From Neoechinorhynchus agilis (Eukaryota; Animalia; Acanthocephala), in NCBI GenBank assembly GCA_051530055.1, contig JBMGUZ010000062.1:1-15789 (forward strand): 15,789 nucleotides of DNA. The letters are read 5' to 3'. The notes below the pieces were generated by a model. That model did no database searches and was not told the origin of the DNA. It saw only the letters and a list, made by a program, of their open reading frames with translations. Position numbers and translations under genes: made by a program. Of the stretch, positions 7,190 through 15,789 are shown one piece after another; the first letter of the stretch is position 1; each line of letters begins with the position of its first letter.

Positions 7190-9349
7190 TCCAATTTCTA
7201 ATTTAGGTTATTTGCTCGGAAATATTTCCAATATCAGCGCTCTTTTTTAAAAATGGCCTCAATATTTCGGTTTTTTTATAAAGATCGACGGGGATAAGTA
7301 GAAAAATTACAAATTTGCAAAAATTATTTGTAACCTTCTTAGACATTTAATTTAGGTTATTCTTTTTTCGCCAATATTCCCAAGATTAACGCTCTTTTTG
7401 AAATTGGTCTCAATATTTCCGATTAAAACAATTTTTTGCAAAAATAATTTGTAACCTTCTTATATATTTGATTTAGGTAATTTTTCGCAAAAACCCCGAT
7501 ATTTCCAATTAAAACAAATTTTTCGCAAAAATAATTCGCAACCTTCTTATATATTTGATTTTGTTGATTTTTTCGCAAAAAAACCCAAGCATCCCCGATT
7601 AAAAAATAATTCTCAACCTTTTTAGACCAATAATTTAAATTTCTAAGATAAACGCTCATTTTTTCGCAAAAAACCCAATATTTCCGATTAGTAAAAAATG
7701 TTAAAAAATAATTCTCAACCTTTTTAGACTAATAATTTAAATTTCTAAGATAAACGCTCATTTTTTCGCAAAAACCCAATATTTCCGATCAGTAAAAAAT
7801 GATAAAAAATAATTCTTAACCATTTTAGACTAATAATTTAAATTTCTAAGATAAACGCTCATTTTTTCTCAAAAAACCCGATATTTCCAATTAAAACAAA
7901 TTTTTCGCAAAAATAATTCGCAACCTTCTTATATATTTGATTTTGTTAATTTTTTCGCAAAAAAACACAAGCATCCCCGATTAAAAAATAATTCTCAACC
8001 TTTTTAGACCAATAATTTAAATTTCTAAGATAAACGCTCATTTTTTCGCAAAAAACCCAATATTTCCGATTAGTAAAAAATGTTAAAAAATAATTCTCAA
8101 CCTTTTTAGACTAATAATTTAAATTTCTAAGATAAACGCTCATTTTTTCGCAAAAACCCAATATTTCCGATCAGTAAAAAATGATAAAAAATAATTCTTA
8201 ACCATTTTAGACTAATAATTTAAATTTCTAAGATAAACGCTCATTTTTTCTCAAAAAACCCGATATTTCCAATTAAAACAATTTTTTGCAAAAATAATTC
8301 GCAACCTTCTTATATATTTGATTTTGTTCATTTTTTCGACAAAAAAAAACCCAAGCATCCCCGATTAAAAAATAATTCTCAACCTTTTTAGACCAATAAT
8401 TTAAATTTAAGATAAACGCTCATTTTTTCGCAATAAACGCCGATATTTCTAATTAAAACAATTTTTGGCAAAAATAATTCGCAACCTACTTATATATTTG
8501 ATTTTGTTCATTTTTTCGCAAAAAAACCCAAGATTCCCAATTAAAAATAATTCTCGACCTTTGAGACCAATAATTTAAATTTCTAAGATAAACGCTTATT
8601 TTTTTCGCAAAAACCCGATATTTCCAATTAAAACAAATTTTTTGCAAAAATAATTCGCAACCTTCTTATATATTTGATTTTGTCTATTTTTTCGCAAAAA
8701 AACCCAAGATTCCCGATTAAAAAATAATTCTCAACCTTTTTAGACCAATAATTTAAATTTCTAAGATAAACGCTCATTTTTTCGCAATAAACGCCGATAT
8801 TTCTAATTAAAACAATTTTTTGCAAAAATAATTCGCAACCTACTTATATATTTGATTTTGTTCATTTTTTCGCAAAAAACCCAAGATTCCCAATTAAAAA
8901 ATAATTCTCGACCTTTTGAGACCAATAATTTAAATTTCTAAGATAAACGCTTTATTTTTTTCTCAAAAAACCCCGATATTTCCAATTAAAACATTTTTTT
9001 GCAAAAATAATTCGCAACCTTCTTATATATTTGATTTTGTTCATTTTTTCGCAAAAAAACCCAACATTCCCAATTAAAAAATAATTCTCGACCTTTTGAG
9101 ACCAATAATTTAAATTTCTAAGATAAACGCTTATTTTTTTCGCAAAAAAACCCGATATTTCTGATTAATAAAAAGCGTTAAAAAATAACTCTCAGCCTTT
9201 TTAGACTAATAATTTAAATTTCTAAGATAAACGCTTATTTTTTTCTCAAAAAACCCTGATATTTCCAATTGAAACAAATTTTTTACAAAAATAATTCGCA
9301 ACCTTCTTACATATATTTGATTTTGTTCATTTTTTCGCAAAAAAACCCA
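7190..9349. repeat. Satellite A: AT-rich array with ~178-bp dimer and 382-bp higher-order unit
   Basis: The ctaagataaacgct anchor occurs at 7643, 7745, 7846, 8025, 8127, 8228, ~8408, 8583, 8761, 8938, 9118 and 9222 (spacings ~102 or ~178). More degenerate copies lie at 7190-7480. Confidence 0.93.
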
Positions 9350-9366
9350 ACAAATGATTTGTAACC

Positions 9367-10222
9367 ATGGAGATGATGGTTAAGATAAAGACTGAATGCT
9401 TTTTCCCCCGAAAAAAAGCTCCCCTGATCGTTATGGGTGGTCACATTGCAAACATGTACGTGGTTGAATATGTAAGTGTTTTTTTGAATTGATCACTACT
9501 TCAAAAAACCCTCCATTAAGGTCAATATCCTTGAGCGAAACTCAAACATTGGATACATTATGGATCTCCGTACTAAACTTTGTAATGGACGATGGAAAAA
9601 AGAGACAAAGAAGCTTCTTCAATACATGGAATGTAAGAAAATAACGGAGAACTACATGAGCGATATGAAACGACGCTACAAGAAGATTCCATTAGATGTT
9701 CCGGATCCTTACAGAGACGAAGATTGTCCCGGTGTTTATTATCAAAGACACGCTCAATTCCAATTTTACAATACAACTTATTGGACATTGGTCGAGTACT
9801 TTGACGATTTGACGAGAGCCCTTAAGAAATCGCGCCGACGGGAACGATTAGACTTTATGCCAATAAATTCGACTGATTGTCAGGATTTTGGACAACGAAT
9901 ACTGGACATGACTTACACTGTAGTCTATTGCTATCAGGATTTTAAGTATTTTATGCAACAATTTGAAGATTATATTTTTGAACAGAATTTAGAGTATTCG
10001 GACAAGTACAATTTCCAAATGCATCATCTTAAAGAGTGCAAAGAAAATCGAAAAATGGTGAATAGAATGCGAAAATCAAGACATTATGTTAATTGGGAAA
10101 TACGCAAAGTGTTCACTCATTATGCCGTAAGATTCGGATATGAAAACACCGATAAATTCTGGGAAGTTATTATGAAAAACACATCGTTACTTCTAGATAG
10201 TCATAAAGGATGGGAGGATTAA
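9367..10222 (+). CDS. Hypothetical protein, 2 exons (9367-9471, 9521-10222), 268 aa, no recognised family
   Basis: The 220-aa ORF extends upstream in frame to an AG at 9519-9520. A 49-nt GTAAGT...ccattaag intron (9472-9520) joins it in phase 0 to an open 35-codon exon starting ATG 9367. The true start could be a later Met. Confidence 0.65.
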
Positions 10223-10319
10223 ATGCGTATGTGAGAAAACGTCTTTTACATAAAATTTTCTTTAATTGCACATTTATCCGGCATCTCTAGTAAATGTTCA
10301 ATTCAGCTTTTTTAAAAAA

Positions 10320-12698
10320 ATTTTTCTATTTTTGTTTAGTTTCGTTATTTTCATATGATAAAACGCGGTTTAATAATTCTAAAAAGCCAAAAAAAATTGT
10401 TATTTTCAAATAACAAAGAAATTCTCTTATTTACACAAAAAAATTTTATAATTGTATTTATTCGGGATTTCTAATCGCCTTACAAACAAATCTAAAATTA
10501 AGAACAGGATTGAAATTTTCTATTCGTGTTTAGTTTCGTTCTTTTCATCTGATAAAACGCGGTTTAATAATTCTAGCAAACGAAAAATTGTTATTTTAAA
10601 AGAACAAAGAAATTCTCTTATTTACACAAAAATTTTTATAATTGTATTTATTCCGGATTTCTAATCGTCTTACAAACAAATCTGAAATTAAGAACCGGAT
10701 TAAATTTTTCTATTCTTGTTTAGTTTCGTTATTTTCATCTGATAAAACGCGGTTTAATAATTCTAAAAAGCCAAAAAAAATATTAATTTCAAATAACGAA
10801 CTAATTCTCTTATTTACACAAAAAAATTTTTATAATTGTATTTATTCCGGATTTCTAATCGCCTTACAAACAAATCTAAAATTAAGAACAGGATTAAAAT
10901 TTTCTGTTCTTGTTTAGTTTCGTTCTTTTCATCTGATAAAACGCGGTTTAATAATTCTGATAAATAAAAATTGTTATTTTCAAACAACAAAGAAATTCTC
11001 TTATTTACACAAAAAAATTTATAATTGTATTTATTCCGGATTTCTAATCGCCTTACAAACAAATCTAAAATTAAGAACAGGATTAAATTTTTCTATTCTT
11101 GTTTAGTTTCGTTCTTTTCATCTGATAAAACGCGGTTTAATAATTCTGATAAATAAAAATTGTTATTTTCAAACAACAAAGAAATTCTCTTATTTACACA
11201 AAAAAAATTTATAATTGTATTTATTCCGGATTTCTAATCGCCTTACAAACAAATCTAAAATTAAGAACCGGATTAAATTTTTCTATTCTTGTTTAGTTTC
11301 GTTCTTTTCATCTGATAAAACGCGGTTTAATAATTCTGATAAATAAAAATTGTTATTTTCAAATAACAAAGAAATTCTCTTATTTACACAAAAAAATTTA
11401 TAATTGTATTTATTCCGGATTTCTAATCGCCTTACAAACAAATCTAAAATTAAGAACCGGATTAAATTTTTCTATTCTTGTTTAGTTTCGTTCTTTTCAT
11501 CTGATAAAACGCGGTTTAATAATTCTGATAAATAAAAATTGTTATTTTCAAATAACAAAGAAATTCTCTTATTTACACAAAAAAAATTTATAATTGTATT
11601 TATTCCGGATTTCTAATCGCCTTACAAACAAATCTAAAATTAAGAACCGGATTAAATTTTTCTATTCTTGTTTAGTTTCGTTCTTTTCATCTGATAAAAC
11701 GCGGTTTAATAATTCTGATAAATAAAAATTGTTATTTTCAAATAACAAAGAAATTCTCTTATTTACACAAAAAAATTTTTATAATTGTATTTATTCGGGA
11801 TTTCTAATCGCCTTACAAACAAATCTAAAATTAAGAACAGGATTGAAATTTTCTATTCGTGTTTAGTTTCGTTCTTTTCATCTGATAAAACGCGGTTTAA
11901 TAATTCTAGCAAACGAAAAATTGTTATTTTAAAAGAACAAAGAAATTCTCTTATTTACACAAAATTTTTTATAATTGTATTTATTCCGGATTTCTAATCG
12001 TCTTACAAACAAATCTGAAATTAAGAACCGGATTAAATTTTTCTATTCTTGTTTAGTTTCGTTATTTTCATCTGATAAAACGCGGTTTAATAATTCTAAA
12101 AAGCCAAAAAAAATATTAATTTCAAATAACGAACTAATTCTCTTATTTACACAAAAAATTTTTATAATTGTATTTATTCCGGATTTCTAATCGCCTTACA
12201 AACAAATCTAAAATTAAGAACAGGATTAAAATTTTCTGTTCTTGTTTAGTTTCGTTCTTTTCATCTGATAAAACGCGGTTTAATAATTCTGATAAATAAA
12301 AATTGTTATTTTCAAACAACAAAGAAATTCTCTTATTTACACAAAAAAATTTATAATTGTATTTATTCCGGATTTCTAATCGCCTTACAAACAAATCTAA
12401 AATTAAGAACAGGATTAAATTTTTCTATTCTTGTTTAGTTTCGTTCTTTTCATCTGATAAAACGCGGTTTAATAATTCTGATAAATAAAAATTGTTATTT
12501 TCAAACAACAAAGAAATTCTCTTATTTACACAAAAAAATTTATAATTGTATTTATTCCGGATTTCTAATCGCCTTACAAACAAATCTAAAATTAAGAACC
12601 GGATTAAATTTTTCTATTCTTGTTTAGTTTCGTTCTTTTCATCTGATAAAACGCGGTTTAATAATTCTAGCAAACGAAAAATTGTTATTTTCAAATAA
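10320..12698. repeat. Satellite B: ~190-bp tandem array, about 12.5 copies, with a 1333-bp (7-mer) higher-order repeat
   Basis: gataaaacgcgg at 10357, 10551, 10741, 10935, 11124, 11314, 11503, 11693, 11884, 12074, 12267, 12456 and 12645. Diagnostic variants recur 1333 bp apart. Confidence 0.96.
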
Positions 12699-12794
12699 AA
12701 TGGTGAATAAATTGATATTTGGGCGCAGAATGCAACTTGTAAACCATTCTCTGATCTGAATAAAGAAATCTTTATGACTCGAATCAATCTTTAA

Positions 12795-13564
12795 TCAAAT
12801 GAACCAGAGGGGTGAACCGCTTTTGGTATATCCAAAGGTCAGAAACCCGGCGACCAAAGTGGTTACAAAGTAGTTACTTAATGGTCATCATTAAGAAAAC
12901 GATGGTTTAAAAGCAAACACTCACAATCCTGGAGCGGAACCTCGGAATAAAAGCAATCCCAAAAAAGTTGAGCTCACAACTAACAGCGAATTAACGACAG
13001 CAACGCTTAATAATGCAGCCTCGTAATCCACGAGTTCTCGTTTACGAACAATCATTCTAAATGAGAATTAAAATTTAAACATATAAACAATACATACATT
13101 TCTTCCTTTTCTCTTTTCATCATTTTTCGTTCCTTTGCAGTCAATACATTATCGGTGATATATCGATTCAGCGAATCTTGTCTTTTCTGAGCGATTCTAT
13201 TCACATAAAAAGAGAAGTGATTTTTCTTTTGTAAAGCAAACAAACCGAAACTTTAGATGCTCCGTCGCTTCTTTATAAGATAAATTTAAGCAAACAAAAG
13301 TAGCGATTGTACCAATCGCATAAAGAAACAAATGGTTCAGTAATTCCAAGTGTATTATGGAATTGAACATCCCTTTTTTTCATTGAATAGTGAGGAAAAT
13401 ATTTAAAATCGAATTCTCTTACATAATAGGGAAATACACGGAAGCAGACTGAACAGAGCACATTTCCATTTGTATTGTTCGTATCCGATTGAGCCTAAAT
13501 TAAATCCATCGAAGGTCTCCTCGGTAATGTCTCCGTTATGAACTTCCGAATCAGATGAACTCAT
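12795..13564 (-). CDS. SSR3: Translocon-associated protein gamma (TRAP-gamma); exons 13564-13423, 13372-13246, 13196-13098, 13056-12925, 12876-12795; 193 aa
   Basis: Four GT-AG introns of 50, 49, 41 and 48 nt (donors GTAAGA, GTTTGT, GTATGT, GTGAGT) give one continuous frame. SYKEATEHLKFRIAQKRQDSL...KMMKREKEEIMIVRKRELVDYEAALLSVAVVNSL...PGFNYFV aligns with human [21 protein letters not shown]...[34 protein letters not shown]...PTVNYIL. Confidence 0.92.
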
Positions 13565-13735
13565 CTAAACAAAAAACCGGGCCCAGTACGAACAGTGCGA
13601 TTTGAACGGAAAAATCGGCAACGAACAATTGAAAAAACACCGAAAACACCCGAATATCTAATGATTGCATTACGCAAAAATAAAACAAGGAAGCGGTGAC
13701 CGAAACAACTGAGATAATGAACCAATTTTATACGA

Positions 13736-15789
13736 AAGAACATCCATTTTGGTATTCGCGTGACGCCAGCAAATAAGCGTCGAACTTTACACGTTTTTTC
13801 CTGTGCGAAAGAATGGAAATTTTTGTATTCGGGTGACGTCAGCAAATCAAGTCGACTTTTCAACATTTTAATGCGTGACAGAATGGAAATTTTGGTATTC
13901 GCGTGATGTCAGCAAATCAAGTCGAATTTTCCACATTTTAATGCGTGAAAGAATGGAAATTTTGGTATTCTCGTGACGTCAGCAAATAAGCGTCGACGTT
14001 TCCACATTTTAATGCGTGAAAGAATGGAAATTTTGGTATTCTCGTGACCTCAGCAAATCAAGTCGTAGGTTCCACATTTTAATGCGTGAAAGAATGGAAA
14101 TTTTGGTATTCTCGTGACTTCAACAAATAAACGTCGACTGTTTCAACATTTTAATGCGTGATTGAATGGAAATTTCGGTATTCGCGTGACGTCAGCAAAT
14201 CAAGTCGACTGTTTCCACATTTTAATGCGTGAAAGAATGGAAATTTTGGTATTCTCGTGACTACAAAAACACCAAGGAAATATCGTGACTCAGCAAATCA
14301 AGTCGATTCCACATTTTAATGCGGAAAGAAATTTATCTCGAATGGAAATTTGGTATTCGGGTGACGTCAGCAAATCAAGTCGACTGTTTCCACATTTTAA
14401 TGCGTGAAAGAATGGAAATTTTGGTATTCTCGAATGGAAATTTTGTATTCGGGTGACGTCAGCAAATCAAGTCGACTGTTTCCACATTTTAATGCGTGAA
14501 AGAATGGAAATTTTGGTATTCTCGTGACGTCAGCAAATCAAGTCACTTTTCCATTTTAATGGGAGAATGGAAATTTGGTTCCGTGACGTCATCAAACCAA
14601 GTCGACTTTTCTACATTTTAATGCGCGATTGAATGGAAATTTTTGTATTCTCGTGACTTCAGCAAATCAAGTCGAATTTTCCACATTTTAATGCGTGAAA
14701 GAATGGAGATTTCGGTATTCGCGTGACGTCAGCAAATCAATTCGACTGTTTCCACATTTTAATGCGTGAAAGAATGGAAATTTTTGTATTCTCGTGACTT
14801 CAGCAAATGAGCGTCGACGTTTCCACATTTTAATGTGCGAACGAATAGAAATTTTTGTATTCGCGTGACGTCAGGAAATAAGCGTCGACCTTTCCACGTT
14901 TTTTCTTGTGCGAAAGAATGGAAATTTAGGTATTCTCGTGACGTCAGCAAATCAAATCGACTTTTCCACATTTTAATGCGTGAAAGAATGAAAATTTTGG
15001 TATTCTCGTGACTTCAACAAATAAACGTCGACTGTTTCATTATTTTAATGCGTGATTGAATGGAAATTTCGGTATTCGCGTGACGTCAGCAAATCAATTC
15101 GACTGTTTCCACATTTTAATGCGTGAAAAAATGGAAATTTTTGTATTCGGCTGACGTCAGCAAATAAAGTCGTAGGTTCCACATTTTAATGCGTGAAAGA
15201 ATGGAAATTTTGGTATTCTCGTGACGTCAGCAAATCAAGTCTACTGTTTCCACATTTTAATGAGCGAAGGAATGGAAATTTTGGTTTTCTCGTGACGTCA
15301 TCAAACCAAGTCAACTTTTCAACATTTTAATGCGCGATTGAATGGAAATTTTGGTATTCTCGTGACTTCAGCAAATCAAGTCGAATTTTCCACATTTTAA
15401 TGCGTGAAAGAATGGAGATTTCGGTATTCGCGTGACGTCAGCAAATCAATTCGACTGTTTCCACATTTTAATGCGTGAAAGAATGGAAATTTTTGTATTC
15501 TCGTGACTTCAGCAAATGAGCGTCGACGTTTCCACATTTTAATGTGCGAACGAATAGAAATTTTTGTATTCGCGTGACGTCAGGAAATAAGCGTCGACCT
15601 TTCCACGTTTTTTCTTGTGCGAAAGAATGGAAATTTAGGTATTCTCGTGACGTCAGCAAATCAAATCGACTGTTTCCACATTTTAATGCGTGAAACAATG
15701 GAAATTTCGGTATTCGCGTGACGTCAGCAAATAACGTCGACTTTTCTACATTTCAATGCGCGAAAGAATGGAAATTTTGGTATTCTCGT
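13736..15789. repeat. Satellite C: ~70-72-bp tandem array, about 29 copies, with a 709-bp (10-mer) higher-order repeat; runs off the window end
   Basis: Consensus gaatggaaattttggtattctcgtgacgtcagcaaatcaagtcgactgtttccacattttaatgcgtgaaa. The gaatgg anchor is at 13811, 13881, 13951, 14021, 14092 and onward. Variants recur at +709 (14701/15410; 14892/15601). Confidence 0.96.

Noticed and set aside
7423-12394. Short ORFs within satellites A and B
   Set aside because: They are by-products of tandem repeats, recurring with the repeat period and with low-complexity composition.
13561-15698. Short minus-strand ORFs in or entering satellite C
   Set aside because: Translations of the 71-bp monomer; two are copies 709 bp apart.
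13736-15789. CRISPR-like appearance of regularly spaced palindromic repeats
   Set aside because: The whole monomer is repeated with no unique spacers, there are no cas genes, and the context is eukaryotic.

Overview
AT-rich eukaryotic genomic DNA with metazoan-like proteins; the taxon cannot be identified from this window. Two conserved minus-strand genes can be reconstructed by hand: a 3-exon glutaminyl-tRNA synthetase (6964-3430, about 780 aa) and a 5-exon TRAP-gamma/SSR3 (13564-12795, 193 aa) that the ORF track misses because it is split by 41-50 nt GT-AG introns. There are also three orphan plus-strand genes (a secreted two-repeat protein, a secreted Cys-rich protein and a 2-exon 268-aa protein), two decayed retroelement RT fragments, and three unrelated satellite arrays (about 178, 190 and 71 bp units), each with higher-order periodicity. 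The most striking observation is the 620-nt interruption of GlnRS at 4375-4994. It splits the conserved WLC/NALD motif, cannot be removed as a GT-AG intron without losing conserved residues, is flanked by a TA duplication and has imperfect terminal inverted repeats. It looks like a MITE-derived non-canonical intron. It also shares a 3' AAACCATT motif, and a possible A...AT boundary reading, with the other large GlnRS intron. All splice models here are inferred from homology and reading frame, not from transcript data.
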